Assembly (NCBI GenBank): GCA_002010215.1
Contig: MTMY01000003.1
Coordinates: 1 to 64,000, forward strand
DNA length: 64,000 nt
DNA from: Archaeoglobus sp. JdFR-37
GTDB taxonomy: Archaea; Halobacteriota; Archaeoglobi; Archaeoglobales; Archaeoglobaceae
Direction: 5' to 3'
The position numbers and the translations under genes were made by a program. The notes under the pieces were generated by a model. The model searched no databases, was not told the DNA's origin, and was given only the letters and a program-made list of their open reading frames with translations. Below, piece after piece: positions 31,163 through 42,243 of this stretch; within the stretch, counting starts at the first letter, position 1; each line of letters begins with the position of its first letter.

Positions 31163-31491
31163 ACCATCTGAAGCACTTTTGAATTCGTATTTAACTTTTT
31201 TCAATTTGTTAGTTTTAATATTAAAGCTGATAGTTTGAGTTTTAAAAGTATGATTAGAGATAGCGTTAGTCAAGAATTCTGTAAATTATGTAACGGTATG
31301 GCAGTAGTAGCAGATTGGAGGCAAAAACCAAACATGCATTAAAATACGTTTAGCGCCTTACCACTTCCTTTCTTTTTTATTATTTTATATAAATAATTGA
31401 ATTAGAAATTTCTACAGTTTAATGGCTTTAACTCCTGATTATTTAGATTAATAACTGAGCAATAACTCAGCAGAGCTGACTCCTATCCACA

Positions 31492-32142
31492 TCAAACTCT
31501 GAAAAACCGTTCCAGCAGTATTTCGAACTGAGTATTCATCTCTTCAATGCTGCCAATCCCTGAGAGTAGATTCTGCCTTTCATCCTCGCTGATTCCCTCA
31601 TCCTTTGCCCAGAGTTTGAGAAGCTCTTCTGTCACTTCCATATGAAATTGCAGAGCTACAAGCTTACCAAGTCTAAATCCCTGGTTTAGGACCTCGTCTC
31701 CCCTGAACAGAAGTTTTGCCCCTTCGGGAATGTCAAAGGTGTCGTTATGCCACTGGACGACCTTCAGCTTGCTTGGCAATCCATTGGTAAGCTCATCCTC
31801 TAGCCTTTCAATTTCAAACCACCCAACCTCCCTCCTGAATGGATACACTGCTTTTCCAAAGGAGCTAGCAATTAGCTGAGCCCCCAGGCAGATTCCAAGA
31901 ACCCCTTTGCCCTCTTTGTAGGCATTTCTTATCAGTTCCTTCTCCTCTCTGATGAAAGGATAAACGTCATCCTCATAAGCTCCCATAGGGCCACCCATTA
32001 TCACGTAATGCGTGAAGTTGCCCTGGGGAAATTCACCCTCGTAAACGCGGAAGTATTCGTATCCCATGGAATTTTTCTGAAGGAAAGTTTCTATGGAGCC
32101 TGCTGGCTCATGTTTTACGTGCTGAATAATAGCAACCTTCAT
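31492..32142 (-). CDS. Type 1 glutamine amidotransferase (GMP synthase-like)
   Basis: MGGPMG, LGICLGAQ, WHND, LQFHME. Confidence 0.9.
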   Translation of the reverse strand: MKVAIIQHVKHEPAGSIETFLQKNSMGYEYFRVYEGEFPQGNFTHYVIMGGPMGAYEDDVYPFIREEKELIRNAYKEGKGVLGICLGAQLIASSFGKAVYPFRREVGWFEIERLEDELTNGLPSKLKVVQWHNDTFDIPEGAKLLFRGDEVLNQGFRLGKLVALQFHMEVTEELLKLWAKDEGISEDERQNLLSGIGSIEEMNTQFEILLERFFRV

Positions 32143-32212
32143 GTGCTCAGCTTAAATATCTCTGATAAATCCTTTTCCCCTAAAATGTGGGCTAATGGTA
32201 TCTCTGAGCTTT

Positions 32213-32383
32213 TCACAATTTCATTCTTTTACCCAGCATTACTCCAAAAACGTACATGACGGCCATTATCAGTCCTGTCACCAGTATGTACTCGATGCTC
32301 AGGGGAAGGAAAAGTATGGCGAAAAAAAGCATTCCTCCTATCAGTATCAGCCCAATCAACAATTCTTCAGTTGTGTTCTTCAT
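32213..32383 (-). CDS. Unannotated 56-aa two-TM membrane protein
   Basis: MKNTTEELLIGLILIGGMLFFAILFLPLSIEYILVTGLIMAVMYVFGVMLGKRMKL; AAGGAG RBS. Confidence 0.65.
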   Translation of the reverse strand: MKNTTEELLIGLILIGGMLFFAILFLPLSIEYILVTGLIMAVMYVFGVMLGKRMKL

Positions 32384-32493
32384 TTTTCTCCCTTTTTACT
32401 TTTATTGTTTTGAATATTATCTGGGAAGATTCAAAATCCTATTTAAAGGTTTGTGGTGAAGTTAGATAGGTCAGAAAGATAAAAATTAAAAAA

Positions 32494-33174
32494 TTAAACC
32501 ATTAGTGCAAAGATGACAGCAAAGATGCCCGTCAGAAATATTCCATCGAAGGTACCTGCCCCACCGATACTGACAACACCGCTGCCTATCCTTTCTATAT
32601 CCTTCAGATGCAAAATGTCGGCTCCGAAAAGCGCTCCCAAAACTCCTGAGGTAAAAGCCAGCTTCGGTATTAAGACGGGGGGAAGAGAGAAAAAAGTAGC
32701 AGCTAGGTAACTTGCCAAGGCAGAAATTGCGGGGGGAATAAACATGGGAACAGCGATTCCCAGTCCTTCAATAGGTCTGGCGAAGAAATATATGACGGCA
32801 CTGGAAATTGCGAAGGAAATGGCGAAGGGGAGTGCTGGAAGCTCTGTCAGCAGCTTAAGGGCCAGAATGGATGGCATTACGCAACCACCAAGGTTTACAG
32901 CGATGGTAATGTGGTTTCTGTATCTCACGTAATAAAGTAGGCCGAAGAAGCTGTATTTTCTTACGACTTCTCTGCCCTCTTTTTCATAAATTGGAATGTT
33001 GATGAAGCTCCCTATTACGATAAGAGCGAAAAGGGTGATAGCAGCCTCATAATCTATGCCGAAAAGAATCTGAAATGTGGTTGAAGATGCCAGCAAAAGT
33101 GTTAATGCAAAGAGAGGGAGAATTATCAACAGGAAAAGAGGGAATAGCAGAGGTGGGAAAAGATAGTCCCTCAT
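32494..33174 (-). CDS. DUF1614 membrane protein
   Basis: GSFINIPI, IAVNLGG..P, GALFGAD, SIGGAGTFDGIFL. Confidence 0.8.
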   Translation of the reverse strand: MRDYLFPPLLFPLFLLIILPLFALTLLLASSTTFQILFGIDYEAAITLFALIVIGSFINIPIYEKEGREVVRKYSFFGLLYYVRYRNHITIAVNLGGCVMPSILALKLLTELPALPFAISFAISSAVIYFFARPIEGLGIAVPMFIPPAISALASYLAATFFSLPPVLIPKLAFTSGVLGALFGADILHLKDIERIGSGVVSIGGAGTFDGIFLTGIFAVIFALMV

Positions 33175-33410
33175 TTCTTGATCAGCTTTCTGTCAACCAC
33201 GATATAATCCTTAATAGCCCTCACACTTTCAAAGGGGATTACGTAAAGACCGTCATCTTTTTTAAGTTCCGAGATCTCGTTCTGCGGCTTCACAAGGAGA
33301 TTGAGCAGAACTCCAGTCCTCAGATCAGCTGTAACGTTATATACCACTCCAACCACTGTCCCATCACTCAGTAAAACCTGCTTTCTGGCAAGGCTTTTGG
33401 CAAATATCAT
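33171..33410 (-). CDS. PRC-barrel domain protein
   Basis: L..KQV...DG..VG.V.N...D..TG, IPFESVRAIKDYIVV. Confidence 0.85.
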   Translation of the reverse strand: MIFAKSLARKQVLLSDGTVVGVVYNVTADLRTGVLLNLLVKPQNEISELKKDDGLYVIPFESVRAIKDYIVVDRKLIKK

Positions 33411-33481
33411 GTTACCACCTGAGTTAAATAAATTGGAGAATATATAACGTTTGCCTATCTGTCAACCTTTACGTTAGCCAG

Positions 33482-35914
33482 TTAGCCATATCCGGTGAGT
33501 GTTCTTGCTGTAATTTTCGCAGCCCTTTCTTGTTTTGCTTTCTCCTCGAAACGCTCGTAGAAGGCCAGCATAGCGTCAGTGAGACTTGGCTTAATCTTCT
33601 TGAGTCCTTCCAGGAAGTGTCTCATCTCTATTTTCTCCACTTCCATATTTTCTCTGAGAGCAAGCATAACAGCCTCTCTGCAAACTGCTTCAATGTCTGC
33701 TCCGACATATCCCTCCGTCATCTCTGCAAGCTCACTAAGATCCACATCCTCTGCCAGAGGCATACCCTTGGTGTGAATGCGGAAAATCGCCAGTCTGCTC
33801 CTTTTGTCTGGTGGCCTAACGTACACGAGCCTGTCAAACCTGCCTGGTCTCAACAGGGCGGGGTCGATTATGTCAGGCCTGTTGGATGCCCCTATAACTA
33901 TAACTCCCTCCAGCTCCTCAAGCCCGTCCATTTCAGTCAGAATCTGGTTCACAACCCTCTCAACAGCTCTGCTACCCTCATCAATTCCACGCATCTGGGC
34001 TATTGCGTCTATCTCGTCGAAGAACACTATACATGGAGCAACCTGTCTGGCTTTCCTGAAGATCTTTCTGACGGCCTTTTCGCTCTCTCCAAGCCACTTG
34101 GAAAGGAGTTCACTTCCCTTAACGCTTATGAAGTTAGCGTCGCTCTCATTGGCAACCGCTTTCGCTATCAGCGTCTTTCCGGTGCCAGGTGGGCCATAAA
34201 GCAGCACGCCCTTGGGCGGCTTTATGCCGAACTTCTTGAACTTCTCAGGATATTTAAGGGGCCATTCTACCGCTTCCACAATCTCCCTCTTGACATCCTC
34301 AAGTCCACCAACATCTTCCCATGTGACTTTGGGAACCTCCACCAGCACTTCCCTCATTGCTGAAGGCTCAATGCCTTTCAACGCTTCTTTGAAGTCGTCA
34401 AAGGTAACTCTTATTGATTCCAGTATTTCTGGCGGAACTTCATCCTCATTGAAGTCTATCTTGGGTATGTAACGCCTCAGGGCTTTCATTGCCGCTTCCT
34501 TAGATAGGGCTTCGATATCTGCACCAACAAAGCCGTGGGTTTGATCTGCGAGGTGCTTTAGCATCTCTCGGATTATCTCCCTTTCAAGGTCCTCAATTAT
34601 CTCCGGTGGCAGGGATCGCTCGATTGCTTCCTTTACTTCCTCCTTTTTCTCGCACTCTCGCACTTCATCAGCGGCGAATTCCAGATATCTGAAGTATTCA
34701 TCGTTCTCATCCTCAATATACCTCTTCCTGAGATTATCCAGAGCCCTCAACACAAACTCCCTGTCATATTCGGGTTCAAGAGGCATATTTCTGGTGTGAA
34801 TCTGGAGAATCTCAAATCTACCCTCTCTGTCCGGCACACCTATCTCTATCTCCCTGTCAAACCTGCCTGGGCGTCGCAATGCTGGATCAACGGCTTCAAT
34901 CCTGTTGGTTGCACCTATGACTATGACTTGCCCTCTCTCTTCAAGCCCGTCCATCAGTGTTAAAAGCTGAGCAACAACTCTGCGCTCAACTTCTCCCGTC
35001 ACCTCCTCCCTCTTTGGAGCGATTGAGTCAATTTCATCTATGAAGATAATAGAGGGAGCATTCTCTTTAGCCTCTTCGAATATTTCACGGAGCCTTTGTT
35101 CTGATTCGCCATAGAACTTACTCATGATTTCGGGACCGTTTATGGTATAGAAGCTCGCTCCAATCTCATTGGCCACAGCTTTAGCTATCAATGTTTTACC
35201 AGTACCGGGAGGACCGTAGAGCAGTACGCCTTTAGGTGGTTCTATTCCTAAGCGTTGGAATAGTTCAGGATAGCGGAGTGGGAGCTCTATAACCTCCCTA
35301 ACCTTCTGAAGCTCTTCCTTCAGCCCACCTATATCTTCGTATGTAACTCCAGCTCTGCCCAGTCTTTCAAAGCCCTTGGCGGGGCGATCACGATAAACAA
35401 CCTTTGTATCCTCATCTATGATGACCGGTCCCTTGGGCTCGGTTTTTATGGCAACGAATAGCACTGCCTGATTCTGAGGAGGATAGCGCCCGAAACCTGT
35501 AATGGCTGGAGCACCTACCAAGGGGATTATATCTCCTTCCATCAGGGGTCTCTTCAGGAGCTGGTGCTTCAGGTACTCTCCAACATCCATTCCGTAAACC
35601 TTCAGATCCATCTTTCGAAGGGGAGCAAGAATAACGCTTCTGGCCTTTGAGTATTCCGCTTTCCTCACCTTAACGCTGTCTCCAACTCCCACTCCTGCAT
35701 TCTCTCTGATAAACCTGTCAATCCTTATGATGCCTTTGCCCCAATCCCGCTTGGGGGCCCTCCAGACCTTGGCAACGGTGCTTCTTTTTCCTTCTATCTC
35801 GATTATGTCTCCAGGTGAGATGTGAAGACGAAGCATTGCATCAGGATCAAGCCTGGCAATGCCTCTACCCGAATCACTTGGGTAAGCCTGATTGACTTTC
35901 AAAATGATTTCCAT
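33482..35914 (-). CDS. cdc48: Second CDC48/VAT AAA+ ATPase with helical insertion in D1
   Basis: Two AAA modules; charged insert after HTRNMPL absent from the other copy. Confidence 0.95.
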   Translation of the reverse strand: MEIILKVNQAYPSDSGRGIARLDPDAMLRLHISPGDIIEIEGKRSTVAKVWRAPKRDWGKGIIRIDRFIRENAGVGVGDSVKVRKAEYSKARSVILAPLRKMDLKVYGMDVGEYLKHQLLKRPLMEGDIIPLVGAPAITGFGRYPPQNQAVLFVAIKTEPKGPVIIDEDTKVVYRDRPAKGFERLGRAGVTYEDIGGLKEELQKVREVIELPLRYPELFQRLGIEPPKGVLLYGPPGTGKTLIAKAVANEIGASFYTINGPEIMSKFYGESEQRLREIFEEAKENAPSIIFIDEIDSIAPKREEVTGEVERRVVAQLLTLMDGLEERGQVIVIGATNRIEAVDPALRRPGRFDREIEIGVPDREGRFEILQIHTRNMPLEPEYDREFVLRALDNLRKRYIEDENDEYFRYLEFAADEVRECEKKEEVKEAIERSLPPEIIEDLEREIIREMLKHLADQTHGFVGADIEALSKEAAMKALRRYIPKIDFNEDEVPPEILESIRVTFDDFKEALKGIEPSAMREVLVEVPKVTWEDVGGLEDVKREIVEAVEWPLKYPEKFKKFGIKPPKGVLLYGPPGTGKTLIAKAVANESDANFISVKGSELLSKWLGESEKAVRKIFRKARQVAPCIVFFDEIDAIAQMRGIDEGSRAVERVVNQILTEMDGLEELEGVIVIGASNRPDIIDPALLRPGRFDRLVYVRPPDKRSRLAIFRIHTKGMPLAEDVDLSELAEMTEGYVGADIEAVCREAVMLALRENMEVEKIEMRHFLEGLKKIKPSLTDAMLAFYERFEEKAKQERAAKITARTLTGYG

Positions 35915-36000
35915 ACCATCACCATGAATACTTTTAACCGAACCGTATAAAAAGGCTTGTGGTGTTGGGAGATTGAAGAAATAAATATTGAGGGACGAAG

Positions 36001-37158
36001 ATGAAGCTTGCTATATTTGATGCCTTCAGTGGTGCAGGCGGAGACATGATTGTGGCGTCTCTGCTGGATGTTGCCCTTGATCAGGATGATCTTGTCAGAA
36101 TACCGGAAATTCTGGGGATAGAGGTTAGAGTAAAGGCATCGAAAGTCATGAAGAAGGGAATTTCTGCCTGGCACGTAGATGTAGAGAGCAAGGGCGGAGA
36201 TACTGAGAGGACATTCAGAGAAGTGAGGGAAATTTTATCTTCTTCAGAACTGGATGATCAGATAAAGCAGGATGCTGCAGCTATTTTTGAAATTCTTGCC
36301 AGAGCAGAGGGAAGGATTCATGGCAGGGATTACAGGGAAGCTGTTTTCCACGAGGTTGGGAGTGATGATGCAATCTTCGATATCGTCGCTGCTGTTACGG
36401 GAATCAGGAAGTTGAAGGAGAGAGGGTATAGAATTTTCACAACTCCTGTAAGGCTTGGCAGCGGGTTTGTGGAGTTTTCTCATGGGAAATATCCAGTTCC
36501 TGCTCCTGCAACCCTTGAAATAATTTCAGAAAGCAAGATTGAAGTTATTCACGGTGGAGAAGGGGAACTTCTTACTCCTACGGCAGCAGCCATACTTGCT
36601 TATTACTCAGAAGGAACATTCAGACAGCCATTCACCGTCGAAAAGGTGAGCTATGGGGCTGGAGATAGAGAAGGCGAGGTTCCAAACGTTTTAAGGCTGA
36701 TTCTTGCCAGCGCTGCCCTGCATGATTCCATTGTTGTTATTGAAACCAATGTGGATGATGCAACCGGGGAAGTTATTGGCTACGCCTTGGAAAAGCTTGC
36801 ATCTCTCGCATACGATGTGGCAGCAATTCCTACCTATGGAAAGAAGGGGAGACCATCGATAATTCTGAAGGCAATTTCCAGCCTTGAGAGAAGTGAAGAA
36901 GTTGCAAAAATCATGATGGAGGAGACAGGGAGTCTGGGAGTCAGAATTATCCCGATTCACCATCGCGTGAAAGCCCACAGGAATGAGGAAATCAAAGAGG
37001 TGAAAATTGGAGGCAAGAAGTTTTCGGTGAGGGTGAAGAGGAGTTTTCCAGACGGTGAGGTGGTGAAGGCTGAATTTGAGGATGTTAAGAGGATTGCTGA
37101 GGAAACAGGCCTACCACTAAGGAAGATTTACGAAATGATCAGGAGATGGATTGAATGA
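36001..37158 (+). CDS. larC: Nickel pincer cofactor biosynthesis protein LarC
   Basis: [13 protein letters not shown]...[45 protein letters not shown]. Confidence 0.9.
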   Translation: MKLAIFDAFSGAGGDMIVASLLDVALDQDDLVRIPEILGIEVRVKASKVMKKGISAWHVDVESKGGDTERTFREVREILSSSELDDQIKQDAAAIFEILARAEGRIHGRDYREAVFHEVGSDDAIFDIVAAVTGIRKLKERGYRIFTTPVRLGSGFVEFSHGKYPVPAPATLEIISESKIEVIHGGEGELLTPTAAAILAYYSEGTFRQPFTVEKVSYGAGDREGEVPNVLRLILASAALHDSIVVIETNVDDATGEVIGYALEKLASLAYDVAAIPTYGKKGRPSIILKAISSLERSEEVAKIMMEETGSLGVRIIPIHHRVKAHRNEEIKEVKIGGKKFSVRVKRSFPDGEVVKAEFEDVKRIAEETGLPLRKIYEMIRRWIE

Positions 37159-37823
37159 GCTACATGAAGCTCCCCACAGGCAGCAGATGCCTTGACGCAT
37201 TGCTTGGAGGAGGAGTGGAGACGGGGACCATCACCCAGATATACGGGGGGAGTGGAACTGGAAAAACGTCAGTCTGTCTGATGCTTGCATACAATACCGC
37301 AAAACATTTCGGAAAGGTTGCGTATCTGGATACCGAGGGCCTATCGGGAGAAAGGGTGCGGCAGATTTTTGTTGATAAGGAAGTTCTGGAGAACGTGTTC
37401 ATTTATGACGTCTTCGACTTCAAAATGCAGAGTTCAGCAATAAAAGAGCTAGGAAAGTTGTGTAAGAAGGAAGAAGTTAGGCTGGTGGTTGTTGATTCCA
37501 TAACTGCTCTCTATCGAAGTGAACTGGAGGATGAGGAGAGGCAGATAAAGGTGAAGAGGGAACTCACGGCTCAGCTAACGTATTTGCTCGGCTTGGCCAG
37601 AAAACATGACCTTGCCGCTGTCATTACCAACCAGATGTTTACGGATATACGGAATGGCATCGATAAGCCCCTGGGTGGCCCTACGGTTGACCACCTCTCA
37701 AAGGTGATAATTGCCTTAGAGAAGCTGAATGGAGATAGGATAGCAACTCTCATCAAGCACAGGTGGAGGAGAGAAGGGGAAAGTTGTAAATTCAGGATTG
37801 TGGATGCTGGGATTGAGCCCTGA
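37155..37823 (+). CDS. radB: DNA repair protein RadB
   Basis: LLGGGVE..TITQIYG..GTGKT, DTEG, VVDS, TNQ, KHR. Confidence 0.93.
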   Translation: MSYMKLPTGSRCLDALLGGGVETGTITQIYGGSGTGKTSVCLMLAYNTAKHFGKVAYLDTEGLSGERVRQIFVDKEVLENVFIYDVFDFKMQSSAIKELGKLCKKEEVRLVVVDSITALYRSELEDEERQIKVKRELTAQLTYLLGLARKHDLAAVITNQMFTDIRNGIDKPLGGPTVDHLSKVIIALEKLNGDRIATLIKHRWRREGESCKFRIVDAGIEP

Positions 37824-37884
37824 GGATTTCGTTTTGTTTTTATCTATTTGTTCTATTTGTTTAATCTCAGCTATCCCTGTTTCT

Positions 37885-38390
37885 TCAGCCATGAACTTGC
37901 CTGAACGAAGTCTCCTTCACGTCAACGGCTCCAGCCTCCTTGAGAGTCTTTAAGTGATAATGGACGATTTTGTAGCTCATCCCAAGGATTTTAGCATATT
38001 CATCCATTTTCAAGCCCCCGTTCTCAACCAGCAACCCCAGAATACTCTGCCTGACATCAGATTTTAGAGTGGTAATCATTTTCAGGTCTTTATCAAGTAG
38101 GATAACCATTAGAAAAACAAGCCTCTCTTTTCCAGTTCTTACAGTCATCTCAGTCAGCCTTCTTTTTCCAGCAGATCAATGTGGTGGCGGAGTGTGCTTC
38201 TGCTGATTCTCAACCCACCTTCAATTTCCTTTAAACTCACTCCCGGATTTGCTGCAAAGTATTTCAATATCCTTACCTTTTTTCTGTTTGCAAGAATGGA
38301 CTTTATTTTGGCAATCACTATGGGCGTAGACTTCCAGATGCTAGGGATACTAGAGATTTTGATCCACAGGAGAGGTCTCAGAAAGAGACC
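37885..38390 (-). pseudogene. Disrupted double winged-HTH regulator (COG3398-like)
   Basis: ...KVRILKYFAANPGVSLKEIEGGLRISRSTLRHHIDLLEKEG* (stop 38154-38156), then a second wHTH in another frame (RQSILGLLVEN..YAKILGMSYKIVHYHLKTL). Confidence 0.6.
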
Positions 38391-38567
38391 TTGACCTCGT
38401 CAGGCGGAGCTTAAGAGCAGTTAGAGCTATTTTGGATGATCTTACAATTAAAGAAGGTGAGATGAGGAAACAATATATAAGATTAAGCATGTCAAAAAGT
38501 GTAAAAACTATATGTTTGATGAATTCATTTTAGATTGATTTAAGAATAGTTCGAGAGTGAGACAAAA

Positions 38568-38843
38568 ATGAACCTGATTGCATATTCCATGTTCAATTTC
38601 CTCATCTGGCTCACGATTCCAGCGTACTGCATCTACCTGTACCTCACAAAGCAATTAAAAGGTGCATTGATAATAGCTACCGGATTTGCGGTGCAAATGA
38701 CTGTGAATTTGCTGTTTCCAGTTCTTACTGACAGCTTCATTCGGGATGCCCAGTTTTTCCTGTTTACGATTCCACTCGTTGGGAAGGTCATTCTGGCTGT
38801 ATTTTTCATCTCCGGGTTGCATCTGCTGGTAGAAGGCAGGTGA
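38568..38843 (+). CDS. Small multi-TM membrane protein
   Basis: Three hydrophobic segments. Confidence 0.6.
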   Translation: MNLIAYSMFNFLIWLTIPAYCIYLYLTKQLKGALIIATGFAVQMTVNLLFPVLTDSFIRDAQFFLFTIPLVGKVILAVFFISGLHLLVEGR

Positions 38844-38847
38844 AACT

Positions 38848-39732
38848 ATGAAAAAGCTGATTGTCGTCTTTACCATTCTGGTCTTCTCTTTCATCTTCCT
38901 CACTTATTCCACTTATTTCTTCCCAGCTCAAGAACAAGACCAGCAAACCAAAGCTTCAACCTGCATTTTTGAAAGACCTATAGGAGGTATCTCCAAGAAT
39001 TACATCTCCATGAGCCCCGGTGAGAGAGGGCAAACCACCTACATCCTCTACTCAGGCAACACGTCAGGGAATGTAAGATTATCAGTTTACAGAGTTGCTG
39101 GAATGTTTGAAACCGAAAAGATACCAATGCCCCAAGGCATTAACGTAACCGTAACCCCATCCGAATTCCATGTAAGGCCTTACGGGAAATACGCGTCAAA
39201 CATAACTGTCAGTGTAAGCTCTGATTTCAAGGTGGGGGGTGAGGAAACAGGAGACACAACTTCAGTCAGATTCGAAAGACTCTATTTGATTGTCAGGGCC
39301 CAGTTTGGAAATGAAACAATAGATGACTGGCTGAGGGTTGCCGTAATGCCTGAAGGAAAACCGGTTCCCGGTCTTTCTCTCATGGACAGAGCCAGCGTGA
39401 CCATAGAGTACAACGAGTCCATAAGAATAAAGAGGGGGGAGAAGAGAGTTGAAACCCTCACCCTCTACACAGGAGAAGCAGGGCCTGGGAAAGTCAGGGT
39501 GTCAGTATACAGAGTTGCCGACATTTACAGCACCGAGAGGGTGAGAGGTGAAGGAGTAAGCCTGATTGCAGAGCCTTCATGCCTCATGGTTAAGCCCCAT
39601 GCCTACTACAGCCTGGGTATGGTCATAAAGGCTGATGATTCTGCTAAGGCAGGGGAGTATGTTTTCCTAATACTATTGCAGTTTGAGGACGGGCGCAGGA
39701 GTGAGGGGTGGGTTAGGGTTGAGGTAGTTTAG
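38848..39732 (+). CDS. Secreted or anchored protein with two internal beta-sandwich-like repeats
   Basis: Signal peptide; repeated LY.G...G.VR.SVYRVA....E and W.RV. Confidence 0.7.
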   Translation: MKKLIVVFTILVFSFIFLTYSTYFFPAQEQDQQTKASTCIFERPIGGISKNYISMSPGERGQTTYILYSGNTSGNVRLSVYRVAGMFETEKIPMPQGINVTVTPSEFHVRPYGKYASNITVSVSSDFKVGGEETGDTTSVRFERLYLIVRAQFGNETIDDWLRVAVMPEGKPVPGLSLMDRASVTIEYNESIRIKRGEKRVETLTLYTGEAGPGKVRVSVYRVADIYSTERVRGEGVSLIAEPSCLMVKPHAYYSLGMVIKADDSAKAGEYVFLILLQFEDGRRSEGWVRVEVV

Positions 39733-39756
39733 ATTGTTAGAGGAGAATAGTGAGAG

Positions 39757-40965
39757 GTGAGGAGTTTGAGGTCTGGGTTCAGGGTTATATGGCCAAACCT
39801 ACCAATCCTCCTGATACTGGCAGCTCTCCTAGAAGGATGCATCCAAGAAAAGCCAGCCGCTGAAGACATTCTCAACAGAATGCATGAGAAATACAGCAGC
39901 ATATCCAGTTATAAGGCAACAATTTACCAGACGGAGATTGGTGAGGGAAAAATCCGGGAAACCCAGTATGAGGTTTTGTTTAAAAAGCCAGATAAGGCAA
40001 GAATGGAGCATGTTTCCAGCGGGACCGTCACCATAACCAACGGCTCAAGAATCTGGATTTACAATAAAACAACTGGAGAGCAGAAATTGGTCATCAATTA
40101 CTCCGACAAGCCAACCTTCGCGGACTTTTTTGGCTTTACACTTGAAATGCTGAAGGGATACAACGCATCACTGGCAGGAGAGGAGAAAGTTGGGGGTAAA
40201 GACTGTTACGTCCTCTCGCTGAAACCTCCACAGGAGATTGTATGGGAGAAAACATTACGACTCGAAAAGCTCTGGGTTGTGAAGAATGAGTGGTATCCCG
40301 CCAGAATTCAAATGAAAATCGAACTTTCAGAGGAGATGAAAGAGAAATTCGGGTTTAATTTCTCAAACTCTACAGTAATCATTGAGTTAAGAGATATAGG
40401 GTTCAACATTAGCATAAATGATGCTGAGTTTCTGCCTCATGCACATGGCAGACAGCTCAACCTCTCTGCTTTGAGCAATGAGGAAGTGGTAGAGCTTGCC
40501 CTGAACACCTCTGAGCTGGAGATTTACAGAGGCTGGAATTACACCATCAGGGAAAAGAGGGTGATGGGCAATTCCCTTTATATCGACATGTATTTTGGCA
40601 AGAACGACTGGAAAACCGCAATTCACGTTAGCTTCTTCGTTAAAGAAAACGGAAACATTTCAGACATTCACATCTATCCATACGTCAAAACCGTCATCCC
40701 GGTGGGTGTGAAGGGTGAGGAAAGGGAAGAGGTTCTCCATAAGGCCTTGAGCAACCCTCAAGTAGAGAGAATCATATCAGGCCAGAGCTATTACATCTGG
40801 CAGATTTCAAAGTTCATTAACGCGATAACAGGGGAAGAATATGGCGAATATTCTGTGTATCTAAGGATAAATGCCACCAACAAAACCTACGTCATCTACC
40901 TCCACGATGGCCAGATTAATGTGAGGAATACCACATGCCCTGGTAAAACGGGCTGGTGGTGCTAG
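39757..40965 (+). CDS. LolA-like (DUF2092-type) lipoprotein with C-terminal extension
   Basis: LLEGC lipobox, FKKPDKARME, NG..IWIYN, GEEKV.GKDCYVL.LKP, WV....WYP. Confidence 0.75.
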   Translation: MRSLRSGFRVIWPNLPILLILAALLEGCIQEKPAAEDILNRMHEKYSSISSYKATIYQTEIGEGKIRETQYEVLFKKPDKARMEHVSSGTVTITNGSRIWIYNKTTGEQKLVINYSDKPTFADFFGFTLEMLKGYNASLAGEEKVGGKDCYVLSLKPPQEIVWEKTLRLEKLWVVKNEWYPARIQMKIELSEEMKEKFGFNFSNSTVIIELRDIGFNISINDAEFLPHAHGRQLNLSALSNEEVVELALNTSELEIYRGWNYTIREKRVMGNSLYIDMYFGKNDWKTAIHVSFFVKENGNISDIHIYPYVKTVIPVGVKGEEREEVLHKALSNPQVERIISGQSYYIWQISKFINAITGEEYGEYSVYLRINATNKTYVIYLHDGQINVRNTTCPGKTGWWC

Positions 40966-40989
40966 CAGGTTCAAGACTCATCCCGAAAC

Positions 40990-42057
40990 TCAAACCGCCC
41001 AGTCCTCGGGCACGTACCTTTTCCCAGTTAACCTCATCACCAGAACTCTGAGGAAAGTTGTGAGGGACAGCATTGTCCACAGCGGGGAGTAGATCAGGAA
41101 GTAGAAGGGCAGCATCGCAAGCAGCATTGCCAGATTCACACCCCATCTAAGCTTTCTGGCCGCCAGAGCCATGAAAATGCACCACGCTAGGAATGTAAAT
41201 GCTAACTGAACGAAGTTTTGCAGAGAATAGAGGTGATGGACGGCAATGAGGATAAAAGTGGAGAAAATAGTGGGTAGGAAGTAAATCAGGGGCACAAGCA
41301 GATATGCGATCTTCAAACCCAGATTGTCCGGCAGAATCAGGTTAATCATCAGTCCAATTAAAGCAGGAAATATCAGTATCATGGCAGGCAGGGTGAGCAG
41401 GGGCTTCTTTAAGAAGTCCCAGAAGTAGTTTAGCACGATCTCCGCCCCTCCAGCCGCCCACCTTTTTCTCTGCCTGAGCCATCCTGTAAAATCCGGAGCC
41501 TTTGTCACAGCTTTACCACCGGTGCCAAAGCGATAGCCATTAAATGCGATTCTGACCCCAAGCTCAGCGTCTTCCGTCACAGTTGAATTGAATCCACCAA
41601 GCTCCTGGATGACGTCTTTTCTGACTATAAAAGCTGCTCCATTAAGGCCCAAACAACCCTTCAGCTTCTCAGCCAGCTTCGCCGCCATAAACATGTTCAT
41701 GTAATCTATATTCACAAGCCAGCTCCAGAAACCGTCCCGGAAAACCTCTTTTCTAATTTCCACAGCATCAAATTCTGTATAGTTCTCAGGAAGACTCTCT
41801 ATCAGAGTGTCACTGTCCAGAAACAGGATGTAGGGATTGGATGCCAGCTTTACGGCATCATTCAAAGCCCTCCACTTCCCTCTCCTCTGGCTGCTTATAC
41901 TGGCCTTCAGACCCTTCTCTGCGATGAGGTTCAGCAGCTCTTCGTCGGGCTCATCTGCTGCAATTATGATCTCAATATTACCGAAATTTCTCAGCTTCTT
42001 CAGATTCTCCTCGATAAGACCTTTAGTCCGGTATGCTGCGATGATAACCGAAAGCAT
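40990..42057 (-). CDS. GT2 family processive-type glycosyltransferase
   Basis: FLDSD, TED, QRKRW (QxxRW); C-terminal TM segments. Confidence 0.85.
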   Translation of the reverse strand: MLSVIIAAYRTKGLIEENLKKLRNFGNIEIIIAADEPDEELLNLIAEKGLKASISSQRRGKWRALNDAVKLASNPYILFLDSDTLIESLPENYTEFDAVEIRKEVFRDGFWSWLVNIDYMNMFMAAKLAEKLKGCLGLNGAAFIVRKDVIQELGGFNSTVTEDAELGVRIAFNGYRFGTGGKAVTKAPDFTGWLRQRKRWAAGGAEIVLNYFWDFLKKPLLTLPAMILIFPALIGLMINLILPDNLGLKIAYLLVPLIYFLPTIFSTFILIAVHHLYSLQNFVQLAFTFLAWCIFMALAARKLRWGVNLAMLLAMLPFYFLIYSPLWTMLSLTTFLRVLVMRLTGKRYVPEDWAV

Positions 42058-42243
42058 TCAGGAAGAGGAGAATGGGACTGAATAAAATATATTTTGGCAT
42101 GATTTGGCAGGATTGTTTGACAAGGCTTCAATATCAGTAGGACACATTTGCCAATCACTCAGTTAATAAAATTGGCCAAACCAAGAACAAACAACAAACA
42201 CGATAAATGATTCAAAAAGAAAATAAAATTGGTGAAACTCTTT

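Noticed and set aside
34560..34790. Intein in the second cdc48
   Set aside because: The insert is a short charged helical segment with no Cys/Ser start or His-Asn end.
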